Both the position numbers and the translations under genes were made by a program. From Octopus vulgaris (taxonomy: Eukaryota): a stretch of 64,000 bases of DNA. This document shows, piece by piece, positions 50,720 through 64,000 of the stretch. The stretch is taken from the NCBI GenBank assembly GCA_951406725.2, contig OX597819.1:127534001-127598000 (forward strand). Reading direction: 5' to 3'. The notes below the pieces were generated by a model. The model was not told the origin of the DNA, did no database searches, and worked only from the letters and a program-made list of their open reading frames with translations. Position 1 is the stretch's first letter; every line of letters starts with the position of its first letter.

Positions 50720-53710
50720 CCAACTACACTCCTTCCAACAAGCTCATCACAACCACTACCACCACCATCAGCAACACCAACACGACTACCACCACCACCA
50801 CCATCACAATCAACAACACCAATAACTGCACCACTACCAAAACTACTACTACTACCACCGCCACCACCAACAACAACATTAGCAACACCACGACTACCAT
50901 CACCACCACTAACACCCCCCCCCACCACCACCAGCAACACCAACAACTTCACCACCACCAAAACTACTACTACCACCGCCACCACCACTACCACCAACAA
51001 CATTAGCAACACCACGACTACCATCACCAGCACCATCATCAACACCACCACCACCAGCAACACCAACAACTTCACCACCACCAAAACTACTACCACCCCC
51101 ACCACCACCAGCAACAACAACATTAGCAACACCACGACTACCATCACCACCACCAATACCACCATCAACACCACCACCAGCAACACCATCAACACCACCA
51201 CCACCAGCAACACCAAAACTTCACCACCAAAACTACCACCGCCACCACCACCAATAACAACAACATTAGCAACACCACGACTACCATCACCACCACCAGC
51301 ACCACCACCAACACCACCATCAACACCACCACTACCAGCAACACCAACAACTTCACCACCACCAAAACTACTACTACCACCACCGCCACCACCACCAGCA
51401 ACAACAACAACAACATTAGCAGCACCACGACTACCATCACCACCACCATCAACAGCAACAACACCAACAACTGCACCACCACCAAAACTACTACTACTAC
51501 TACTACCACCACCGCCACCACTACTACCACCACCACCAACAACAACAACATTAGCAACACCACGACTACCATCACCATCACCAGCACCACCATCAACACC
51601 AACAACACCAACAACTGCACCACCACCAAAACTACTACTACTACTACTACCACTGCCACCGCCACCAACGACAACGTTAGCAACACCACGACCACCAGCA
51701 CCACCACAAGTAACATCAACTACAAAAACACCACCACCAGCTTCACCGCCGCCTGCAGAGCACCGCCACTGGCCTATCCACCTAGCAACATCACCAGTCT
51801 GTACCACCAAAAATTGCCTTTATCGCCACCACCACCACTACCGCCAATAACACAACCAACATCAAAATAATTACTACCACCACCACCACCACCACCACCT
51901 ATCAACGGGAACGAGAACACCATCAAAATCGCTGTGGTGGCCACTACCACTTCCACCACTAGCAATAATAACGATACCACCTTATACCAACATCACCGAT
52001 ACCAACAGTACTACTGTACCAACCATTATCACCGCCACCACCACCACCACCACAACCACCCCAAATTACTCCCGCCTCCGCTACTAGCTTCCAAATCAAT
52101 CGCAACCATTAATACCAGTAACGCCACCTCAAGCACCAGCACCATCGCCAACCACCACAGCGACACCTATATCGCCGAAGCACCACTTCCTCCGTGGCCA
52201 TCACTACCCCACCCCCGGCAACGCCATTACTAATAACATCAACAATAACAACAACTACATCAATACCACTACAACAACAACAACAACAACAACAACAGAT
52301 GCATCTCATCCACTGACACGGCTACTGCCACCTCAACCATCCCCAACCATTCTACCGACATAACATCATTACCCGAATACCACTACCACTACAACGACGA
52401 CAACCACTACCTCTGCCGACAACAACAACAATAACAACAGCAAAATGAACAATAACAATATCAACACTAGCACTAATATGAAGAGCCTTACCACCAATAC
52501 CATCCCCGTGCGCTATCAGCTCCATCTACATAGGCGCTGTTACCACTACAAATCACCACCACTGCTATCACCACCACAACTATCACCACCACTACCAGCA
52601 TCACCACCACTATCACTACCACCACCACTACTACCACCACCACCACCACTATCACCACCACTACTAGCATCACCACTACTAGCATCACCACTACCAGCAT
52701 CACCACCACTACCAACACCACCACCACCACTTTCACCACTACTACCACCACCACTTTCACCACTACTACCATCACCATTATCCCACCACTACCAGCATCA
52801 CCACCACTACCAACACCACCACAACCAGCATCACTACCAGCATCACCACCACTACCAACACCAACACCAACACCACCACTTTCACCACTACTACCACCAC
52901 CACTTTCACCACTACTACCACCACCACTTTCACCACTACTACCACCACCACTTTCACCACCACTACCAGCATCACCACCACTACCAACACCAACACCAAC
53001 ACCACCACTTTCACCACTACTACCACCACCACTTTCACCACTACTACCACCACCACTTTCACCACCACTACCAGCATCACCACCACTACTATCACCACCA
53101 CTACCAACACCACCACCACCACCACTTTCACCACTACCAACACCACCACCACTCACCACTACTACCACCACCACTTTCACCACTACTACCACCACCACTT
53201 TCACCACCACTACCAGCATCACCACCACTACTATCACCACCACTACCAACACCACCACCACCACCATTTTCACCACTACTACCACCACCACTATCACCAC
53301 TACTACCACCACCACTTTCACCACTACTACCACCACCACTTTCACCACCACTACCAGCATCACCACCACTACTATCACCACCACTACCAACACCACCACC
53401 ACCACCATTTTCACCACCACCACCACCACCACCACCACCACCACTACCAGCATCACCACCACTACCAACACCACCACAACCAGCATCACTACCAGCATCA
53501 CCACCACTACCAACACCACCACTATCACCACCACCACTACCAGCATCACCACCACTATCACCACCGCTACCACCACCACCACGACCACTATCACTACCTG
53601 CATCATCACCACCACTACTACTATCACCACCACCACCACTATCACTACCACCACTACCAGCATCACCACCACCACTATCACCAACACTACCAGCTTCACC
53701 ACCACTACAG
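50720..53710. repeat. Cryptic (CAC/CAA/CTA)n low-complexity array with higher-order minisatellite units
   Basis: TTAGCAACACCACGAC (one copy TTAGCAGC...) recurs at ~50879, 51003, 51123, 51266, 51416, 51551 and 51677; CTACCAGCATCACCACC units in 52590-53700. Confidence 0.9.
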
Positions 53711-53830
53711 ACTGTTTTTCCCCGATTTCTGCTATTTTATACTCAGTGTTATTATTGTTGCTATTTTATTCATTTGTTTATTTATTTTGTAATATTTTTA
53801 TCCATTTTGTTTTTGTTTTCTCCTCATCAG

Positions 53831-53961
53831 CGGTAGAACTGGCTCTGAAAAGGCAAGGCTTTCTGGCTGAATGTAGGAGAGCGCTTAAAGAGAATCACTT
53901 GGGTGCCCAGAATAGCGTGAAACTCCCATCTGTGCGTACATTGGCCAACGAAATGTACCAG
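53831..53961 (+). other. Candidate 131-nt coding exon (unverified)
   Basis: Strong polypyrimidine tract plus CAG acceptor and CAG|GTGGGG donor. ~50% GC unique island, open frame AVELALKRQGFLAECRRALKENHLGAQNSVKLPSVRTLANEMYQ. Confidence 0.35.
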
Positions 53962-54499
53962 GTGGGGCAAGGCACACATAGAGTTCATTTCTCGATGGGA
54001 TCAATTGTTTATGGAAAATATATAAAGTACAATGCAATAATACAATATAATAACACGATATAATAAAATTACATTACAATAACTTGTAACAACAATGTCG
54101 TCGACAACAAGAACAGCGGCAACGGAAACATGGAAATAAATATGAAGAAAAACAACAACAAAAAAACAAAAACAAAATGAACGAGGAACAACAAAAGCAA
54201 CGACAACCCTTCCTCTAGTTGTGGTGAGGCCATTAAAAACAATAACAATAACAACAACAATAAGAGTAATAGAACGTAATAACAAAAATTAAAAAAACAA
54301 CAACAAAAGAATAGCAATAAGAGAAAACAATAAAAAATAAATAGAAACAACTAAAAATTGAAGACTAACAACTGGAGTAACATCAATAAAAACAACGAGG
54401 CAAAAAGTAAAAAAAAAACAAAAAACAATAGCAATAACAACTGCTGTAACAACAACAATTGCAAACAACATAAAAATCAAGAAGACTAACAACAGCACT

Positions 54500-54500
54500 G

Positions 54501-54570
<70 letters not shown>

Positions 54571-54647
54571 TAATAATAATAATAATAATATTAATAATAA
54601 TAATAATAATAATTATAATAATACTGATGACGATGATGATGATGATG

Positions 54648-54690
<43 letters not shown>

Positions 54691-54776
54691 CAGCAAAAGA
54701 ACCTTCATCACCACCGACTTCATTAAGAACAGCAGTAGCGGCGGCAGCAGTATAACGATGATGATGATTGATGATG

Positions 54777-54818
<42 letters not shown>

Positions 54819-54960
54819 TAATAATACTGATGATGATGATAATAATAATGATAATAATAATAATGATGATGATGATAATAACAATAATAATAATAATAAT
54901 AATAATACTGATGACGATGATGATGATGATGATAATAATAATGATGATGATAATAACAAC

Positions 54961-55004
<44 letters not shown>

Positions 55005-55065
55005 TGATGATAATAACAATAATAATAATACTGATGATGATGATGATGATCATAATAATAATAGT
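54500..55065. repeat. (AAT)n/(GAT)n microsatellite
   Basis: Direct reading. Confidence 0.95.
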
Positions 55066-55192
55066 CGGCAAAATAATCTCAATAACAAGCAGTTATGGCT
55101 ATAATACCATTGAATAAAAGTGAGATGGCACCAGCGGCAGTAGCAGCAGCATAATTATTAGAAATAATAATAGAATCATCAACGACCGCAGT

Positions 55193-55550
55193 AGAGGAGC
55201 AATGGCCCAATGGTAAGGGCAGCGGACACACGGTCGGAGGATCGCGGTTTCGATTCCCAGACCGAGCGTTGTGTGTGTTTATTGAGCGAAAACACCTAAA
55301 GCTCCACGAGGCTCCGGCAGGGGTGTGGGAGGTGGCGACCCCTGTTGTACTCTTTCGCTCCAACTTTCTCTCACTCTTTCTTCCTGTTTCTTGTCCCCGA
55401 CTTCCTACGCAACCGCTGAGCCTGGATGCGCATTCATCCATCCATCGTTGCTCTCCGTGTCGGGGGTTGACCTGCTTTCTCTTCTGTGGGTCTTATGAAT
55501 AGCAAAGGACCACGTATCGGACTTCTCCCACTGGGACGAAGACCGCTTCA
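55193..55550 (+). mobile_element. SINE family B head and body with a third, different 3' tail
   Basis: 55193-55385 matches 12491-12680, then diverges (CCCCGACTTCCTACGCAACC...). Confidence 0.8.
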
Positions 55551-56404
55551 CTCAATAGCATCAACAGCAACAGTAGCAGCGGCAGCAATAGGCTCTACAA
55601 CTTCAGAGGCGTGGTTGTAGGGTAAAGAACTTCGCTTGGTAAACTTGTGGTTCCGGGTTCGATACTGTTTTATGTTATCCCTGTCAAGTGTTTCGTATTT
55701 AGCTCAGGATTGACAAAAGCCTTATGAGTGTACATCCTTACAAACATCCATGTGTATGTGAGAGAGTGTAATTTTATATAAAATTATAATACATTAAAAT
55801 ATTTTATTCAAATCATTATAATACCTTCACGGACACAAAACGTGCGTGTGAATTGCCGAACGCTATCTCTACATGTGATGAGAGCTCTTTTTTTCCTCGT
55901 CTGTAAACACACACACACACACACACACACATATGCGTGTGTGTGTACGTATATTATATTATAATATGTGTAAATCCTTTTTCGAATAATGGCTCTCGAG
56001 TCTTATTTTATTAACACCGGAATTATAAAAGGCAAAGTCGACCTCGGTAGAATTTGATCTCAGAATATATAGACAAGTGAAATGCCGCTATTGCAACAAT
56101 AATAGTATGTAAAATATTGGATTGTAAAACCCTTTTGTATGCTTTTGAGTGAATTAAAATGTTTCTTTGGGAATTAAATTGGGCTTTTTTTGTGTGTCTT
56201 AAAAAAAATTTTTTTTTTAGTTTCAGCTCAGAGCTGCGGCCATGCAGATGCACCACCGTGGAAGATGGTGGAAAGACTATTCCACAAACATATATCGCGC
56301 TTTAGTATTTTTGATTCCTCTAACGTTAAAGCATCCACCCTTAAAGCATTTTTGGGGGGCCGGGTGGAGGGTGTGTGTGCTTAACTGTACATTGCGAGGT
56401 ACAT

Positions 56405-56684
56405 CTTTTGTCTTTCACTTGTTTCAGTCATTGGACTGCAGCCATGCTGGGGCACTGCCTTGAGTCGAACGAATCGACCCCAGGATTTAACATATTTTTT
56501 TAAAGCCTGATACTTATTCTATCGGTCTCCTTTGCCAAACCGCAAAGTTACGGAAAGGTAAACACACCAACATAAGCGGTGGTGGGAAACAAACACAGAA
56601 ACAGACACGCGCACGCACAAACATATATATATACATACATGTGTGTGTGTGTACACACACACTCATATATATATATATATATAT

Positions 56685-56729
<45 letters not shown>

Positions 56730-56734
56730 CTGAC

Positions 56735-56773
<39 letters not shown>

Positions 56774-56838
56774 TAAAGGGCTTTTTAAAGTCTCCGTCGA
56801 GCAACTTCAGCAACAAGACTTTGGTTGGCCCGAGGCTA
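56405..56838 (-). mobile_element. SINE family C (headless)
   Basis: Reverse complement of 14595-14900. Confidence 0.82.
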
Positions 56839-58099
56839 TTCTTTTGACGTTGTTTACATAGTTGTTACCGCTATCGATATAATTTTAGAGCAAGGGCACT
56901 ATAACTTCATTTTACCTTATTTAATCAATGTTATCCTCTTATTGCTGTCATTATTCTTAATATAGTACATTTTAATGTAGCAGATATTACAGATGTTGTT
57001 CACATTGCCCTTTCTGATGTCGGTAATATATATATACATATCTGAAGATTATATTCCTGATAAGGGAGGATTACACGAGCTGTTCATAATAAGACCGTCG
57101 TGAATCCATCTTCTTGGGAATATGAGGATGTGATTGAGTACTGATGCAGGTAGTTTAGAATCAACAAGTACGAGGGAACGGAAATCGCCTTAAATTTCGC
57201 ATACAATAGAAAATCCTAGTGAAACCAACTGAAAGTGAGTTTGAGTGAAGACTAGTCTGTTAGGTGCTTTACTTTTATAACAAGGGCCTAGAGCGTACGT
57301 TTTCGTAGCGTATGAAGCATCGCCGGGATTTCGTTATTGCTTAGGTCTCTAGCCGCTTATATTTAGTGTTGCAATTCCTGTTAAAACATTTCCCTTGGTT
57401 TCGGCTCCAATAAAAGTCCTATATGACACTTTAGACACGTGTCATTTTGAGGGAAAAAAAAATTAACACAATAGTAATATAAAATTGACGCCTGTTACTT
57501 TGCTGGATTAGCCGTTTCCTTTCATTTTTTATTACTCGGGTATTAGTCAAACAATATTACTCAACAAGTATTTTCTTTAATATTCAATCGTAAAATTGAC
57601 GCCTGTGAAACAGAAAAACTTCTTGTGTGCTATAAAAATATTTCGGGAATTTTTTATGACGCTTGACTCTAATAAAGTTAATCTCGGTCTAATGTAAATT
57701 AGAATATCACCATATTGGATTTGTTTCAATAGGTATACAGGGAATAATCCTAACGGTCATTATAACTCAAACGAATCATGTGTAGGCCAGATGTGAAGTT
57801 TCATTTTTCTCTAATTTCAGTTTTCGGAATGTCTGTATTTTTGCGAAGTTTTGAGTTTATATTTAGGTGATAATGTTAGCATTGAATAGGTTTCTGTAAA
57901 TATTACCACACAGATTCTATATTTTGGTTGGATTTTTAAAAGTTATTTCTACATAGATCTGCTGTGTGATCCACTACACGTGTGTAAAAATCGGTGGGTA
58001 CTGCACAGTTGTTGTTAAAAATTACCCATGGAAAAATAAAACATCTCATTTGCTGTGATCCTATTAGAAATATTGATATTATCGTCTTCCTTCATCTTT

Positions 58100-58930
58100 T
58101 AATATTGGTTTCAAATTTTAGTACAGAAATTTCGGTAGGAGTGGTAAATCGATTACATCGAAGCAAGTGTTCAACTGGTATTTATTTTATCGATCCTGTA
58201 AGGATGATAAGCAAAGTCGACCCCGATGATATTCGAACACAGGAAGTAAAGTTGGAAATATTGCCACTGCCTTTTTTCCCTGGTGCGGTAGCCATTCTTT
58301 TCTACTCTTGGCACAAGGCCCGAAATTTTGGGGGAGGAAGCAGTCGATTAGATCGATCCCAGTCCGTAACTGGTACTTAATTTATTGACCCTGAAAGGAT
58401 GAAAGGCAAAGTTGACTTCGGTTGAATTTAGAACGTAGCGGCAGACGAAATACCTATTTCTTTACTACCCACAAGGGGCTAAACACAGAGGAGACAACAA
58501 GGACAGACAAACGGATTAAGTCGATTATATCGACCCCAGTGCGTAACTGCTACTTAATTTATAGACCCCGAAAGGATGAAAGGCAAAGTCGACCTCGGCG
58601 GAATTTGAACTCAGAACGTAACACCAGACGAAATACCGCTAGGCATTTCACCCGGCGTGCTAACGTTTCAGCCAGCTCGCCGCCTTAAGTAGAAAAAAAT
58701 ATTATTAATGTTTATAAGGCGGAAAGCTGGCAGAATCGTAAGACCTTCGGGCAAAATGCTTAGCAACATTTCTTCCGTCTTTACGTTCTCCGTTCAAATT
58801 CTGCGGAGGTCGACATTACCTTTTATCTTTTCGAGCTCGATTGAATAAGTACTAGTTGAGCACTGGGGTCGATATAATCGACTTATACCCCTCCCCGAAA
58901 TTGCTGGTGTTGTGCCAAAATTTGAAATCA
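58100..58930. mobile_element. Cluster of SINE family A copies: old minus copy (58100-58250), dimer (58295-58686, minus), older plus copy (58717-58930)
   Basis: Repeated GTCGAC...AAAGGATGAAAGGCAAAGTCGAC core, with an alternative 3' tail in the older copies. Confidence 0.85.
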
Positions 58931-59465
58931 ATATTATTAATATCGGTGAACAGGAGGAAGATATTTTGCCAATTAGCCACACATTGCAGTGTGCTGATTT
59001 TCACTCCCACCTGGTTAAAATCGACCTCGTATGATTTTGTAGCCGATAATGTAAATTTTATTTTATAATTGGCGATGATGATTTCCCTGCCAAAAATTGA
59101 ATTTAACCACAAACAAGATTTTACAATTTCTTACAGATTTTCCAATTAATAATTTCCAAGGGTTTTCACACATTATTTGTAAAGCAAATACGCAACTGTA
59201 ATGAACAGTGTACCTGTTTGCATTCAGCAAACCGTTGTCATACAACGATTTTTGTCCACACTAAGCTAAGAATATTGTCTGATATTGTTTGGAAACGACA
59301 TATGAAAGCTCGTCATTATCCTTACGCAAAAATAATTCTGAGTTCCATTTCACTATCTAACAGTTTCAACAAAGGTCCTCACAATGACTTTGTCTTAATC
59401 AATGTCGGTGGAATTTGGCAGACGGAAACTAGTAATTTATTCTATCAACCTTGGAAGTATGTATA

Positions 59466-59698
59466 TATTTCTTTACTATCTACAAGGGGCTAAACACAGA
59501 GGGGACAAACAAGGACAGACATAGGTATTAAGTCGATTATATCGACCCCAGTGCGTAACTGGCACTTAATTTATAGACCCCGAAAGAATGAAAGGCAAAG
59601 TCCACCTCGGCGGAATTTGAACTCAGAACGTGGCAACAGACGGAATGCGGCTACGCATTTCGCCCGGCGAGCTAACGTTTCTGCCAGCTCGCCGCCTT
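59466..59698 (-). mobile_element. SINE family A inserted in an older family A copy
   Basis: 21-bp TSD TCAACCTTG(G/A)AAGTATGTATA at 59445-59465 / 59699-59719. Confidence 0.9.
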
Positions 59699-60060
59699 TC
59701 AACCTTGAAAGTATGTATAGCAAAGTTGACATTTGAACTCAGGAAGTAAATACGAAGTTGGCTCCAAATCCTCAGGCTGAATTTGATTTCATGCGGAGCA
59801 GTTTTCGAGATATTCACTACCTGAGAAGACAATATTCCTTTCGGCAAAAAAAAAAAATGCTTCTGTGTATGTGGCTTTTCTCATGGCTTTTATACCCTAT
59901 TACATGTGACTGACTGATATTACGGAGATGTACTTGCATAGCGAGTGACTTGATCTGAGATCGTGTGCTGAAACGAAAACAATTGCAGCGTGGAAGGTGT
60001 TTATAAGCAATTTAAGAAACACACGAAAGCCGTTCGATTCACTTCAACATTTAAATTTAA

Positions 60061-60111
60061 TTTGTCAAAATATTTTCGTCGCTTTGAGACTGCGACCTGT
60101 TCACTGACAAA
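60061..60111 (-). ncRNA. Type I hammerhead-like motif with G3:C8 core
   Basis: UUUGUCA-GUGAACA-G-GUCGC-AGUCUCAAA-GCGAC-GAAA-AUAU-UU-UGACAAA; perfect stems I and II. Confidence 0.6.
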
Positions 60112-60754
60112 ACTTCGTGCTGCATATTGTTTTTCTTAAAATTTGATGGCATCAAATGCTCATGGAAGCAAACACTATCTCGCAGAATGAAGCTATGAAC
60201 TTTAGGACATGTCACGTGGTGCATCGTAAATTAGTACTCCCGGTTTATTTTTTCACTTGAACATAAGTCTTAGCTTTAGCTGCGCGCGCGAACACACACA
60301 CGCACACACACACTCACTCATTCGCTCGCTCGCTCACTCTCAAACACACACACAACCACACACACACGCACACACATAATTGTGATTTTTCATCATAATT
60401 ATTTCATCACTTTTAGTTAACTCTCTTTTAGATATATGTCACTCACGCACACACACACACACACACTCTCACAGAAACGCACATCAGACACGCGCACAGA
60501 TTCACACACATACATACACATAGATGTAGATATGAATAGATATATATATATATATACAAACATATGCATATATTTATGTATATGTATTTGAGTGTGTATA
60601 TATTTGTGTGCATAAGTCATATATATATTTATAATCGTTTATATAGTACTAACAGTATATATGTAAACGCATATTGTAAGTACTATACACACACACACAT
60701 GTGTGCATGTATTTACACACACATGTATTTTCACACACACACGCACACATGTAT

Positions 60755-60807
<53 letters not shown>

Positions 60808-61596
60808 CGCATACACATGCACATGTCCATCAATACACACGCTTATAGTGTATGTGTGTATGTGGGTTTTGTCATATATATATGTATTCATAAAATAGTT
60901 ATAAAATTCAAAACTTCATAATAAAACAAATAATTCCTCTTTTTAAAGAAACCCAATCTGTCGTCACTGAATAAAACATGGCTAATTTTACAGTGCTCTG
61001 TTCCTCTGATGGATGTTTATATTTGTCGCTATTAGCACGGAATATGCTTGATATAGGCGAAAGGAAAACGTAATTCCGTTCAATATTTTTAAAATACTTC
61101 ATCTGTCTGAGACCATACGCTAATCAAAACCGCACACAATAACATTGACTCTGTCCAGATGATGGGTTCATCTGATAATGAAACACTCGCATGACAGGTG
61201 GTCTATGGACTAAACTTGGATCATGAGCTCCTGAACTCTACTGCGACGACCACTGCTGTTACTTCTGCAATTTCTGCGACGGCTACAGCAAATTATGAGA
61301 ATAATAATAACAAGAACAACAATAGCATTGATGATAATGATATTACTGATAACAACAACAAAAACAACAGCAAAAACAACAACAACGACAACAATAACAA
61401 TGAATATGACCGTAATGGAAGATATAAAAATGACAAAGAAGAAGCAAATTAATCACAATAGATATGCAGGGATTGCCTCTGGCGGGAATAATATCATGGA
61501 GGAGGAGAGAATCTCTAACCAATACGTGAGAAGAAAAATGGTAAAAGATGCACCAGGAATAATTCTTATTAAAGTTACTCCATTTTCAATTCGTCG

Positions 61597-62355
<759 letters not shown>

Positions 62356-63152
62356 AATCTGTCAATCTCTAAAAGAACGACCGATTGAAAGAGAATGAGA
62401 AACTGAGGTATAAAGATAGAAATATTTGTCATCTAAACAAAGACGCAGGCAGTAGTCATCATTTGTCAACGATAGCAGAGTAATAATGAAAATATAAAAA
62501 GAAAGAAGGAAAGAAAGAAGGAAAGAAAAAAGAAAGAAAGAAAGAAGGAAAGAGAAGACAGATATGTTGCCATGACACATTAGGGTAGCGCAAATTTCTA
62601 CAACTTAAATTTCCATTGTCATATTTTTGACCCTCACTCCGTAACAGATGTTGTGGGTGGTTTGTTTTTATCTGATTACAGCTTATAACAATTTGTCAGG
62701 ATTCTGTGTACAACCTAATTCGCCTCTTATAACGCCTATAACGCCGTATTCACGCGCAAACAAATGTCAGATCACTCTTGCTAATGAAATAAAATCAAAT
62801 GAATAATTGAATGTATGAATAGGTTAATAGATTAATATGTTTATTTACTCAATCACAGAAACTAATGAAAGAGGAAATGATTGCAAAGATTTACGCAAAG
62901 ATATTTTCTTCAAGAAAATATTAATTAGGAATTCTTGTAACCGGTATAAGAATTTCAGACATCAAAACATTTTTAGTAATGGCTGAATCAGTATGGACTA
63001 CATACTTACCTACTTACCTATTTACTTACTGACTGACTTACCTACATACCTACCTACCTACCTACCCACATACCTACCTACCTACATACATACATACATA
63101 CATACATACATACATACATACATACATACATACATACATACACGCATACTAT

Positions 63153-63317
<165 letters not shown>

Positions 63318-63477
63318 GGAATTTACAAAAAAGCAATACAAAAGACGAAGATGGGTGTGTAAACAACAAACAGGTGTATTAGTTTGACGCTCGGGATGTG
63401 AGAAAGTCTTTTACGTTTCAAGCCTACGCTCTTCAACAGAAAGGAACACAGAAATAAGCAAAGAAAAACAAGTTTTA

Positions 63478-63533
<56 letters not shown>

Positions 63534-63594
63534 TATATACAAATATATATACATATATATATAGGAAAAAGGCAACAAGAATGGATCAATATAT

Positions 63595-63677
63595 CGGTAC
63601 AATTGTTTCGTACGAGGACATATTTAATAAAGCTGCAAAAATTGCAGTAAATATAGGTGGCTCGTACTCATCAGCCA
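63595..63677 (-). ncRNA. Type I hammerhead ribozyme motif (canonical core, long stem II)
   Basis: UGG-CUGAUGA-GUACGAG...CUCGUAC-GAAA-CAAUUG-UA-CCG. Perfect 7-bp stem II extended by UAUAUUUA/UAAAUAUG and CUGCAA/UUGCAG; stem I is only 3 bp. Confidence 0.7.
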
Positions 63678-64000
63678 GAAAAAACATCCGAGATTCCCAA
63701 ACATCAAAGGGGGTAATGTTACACTTATGAAACATCATGGAAAATTCTATAAAAATGAGAATTTAGATAACAAATTGGTTTCTAAGAGTTCAATTAGTAT
63801 TACACAGTCATATATCAGGTTATTAAAAAGTTTTTTCAAAACATTTTAGTTTTCCAGAGAGTGAAGATAACAATGAGGGCGTGAGTTTATCCGTATTGAA
63901 GAAAGTTTGATTCCTGGAGATCCGATGAGAGGTATTGAACTTATGTATATATATTTGTATATATTTATATATATATATATGTATGTATGTATGACCGTAA

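Noticed and set aside
52445-53836. 463-aa Pro/His-rich extensin-like ORF
   Set aside because: CAC/CTA triplet array that switches between Pro- and His-frames; no unique domain.
63400-63445. HHR-like UUGAAGA-GCGUAGGCUU-GAAA-CG-UA on the minus strand
   Set aside because: C3U change and weak stem I; probably a decayed pseudo-LTR motif, too weak to call.

Overview
AT-rich eukaryotic (animal) genomic DNA, most likely octopus/coleoid cephalopod intronic or intergenic sequence; this is inferred from the (TA)n/(TACA)n/(GATA)n/(TAA)n microsatellite load and the SINE families, not from a search. Almost all ORFs in the track are microsatellite artefacts, and no intact host gene is visible (two plus-strand exon candidates only). 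The window is a patchwork of decayed transposons: three tRNA-derived SINE families, L1/Tx1 and CR1 LINE 3' ends, two Penelope-like elements (PLEs), Tc1/mariner, hAT and Helitron-like elements. The most striking signal is RNA-level. At 42296-43698 a 360-bp unit carrying a type I hammerhead ribozyme (HHR) fold is repeated in tandem and folded back into a ~1.3-kb palindrome, resembling a non-LTR retrozyme or PLE pseudo-LTR array. At least seven further, apparently unrelated minimal type I HHR folds, nearly all with a palindromic stem III, are scattered through the window. They include canonical cores, a recurrent U4C core, and compensatory G3:C8 and A3:U8 cores. Two SINE/LINE 3'-tail partnerships can also be read directly from the window. 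All structures were folded by eye, and ribozyme activity is untested.
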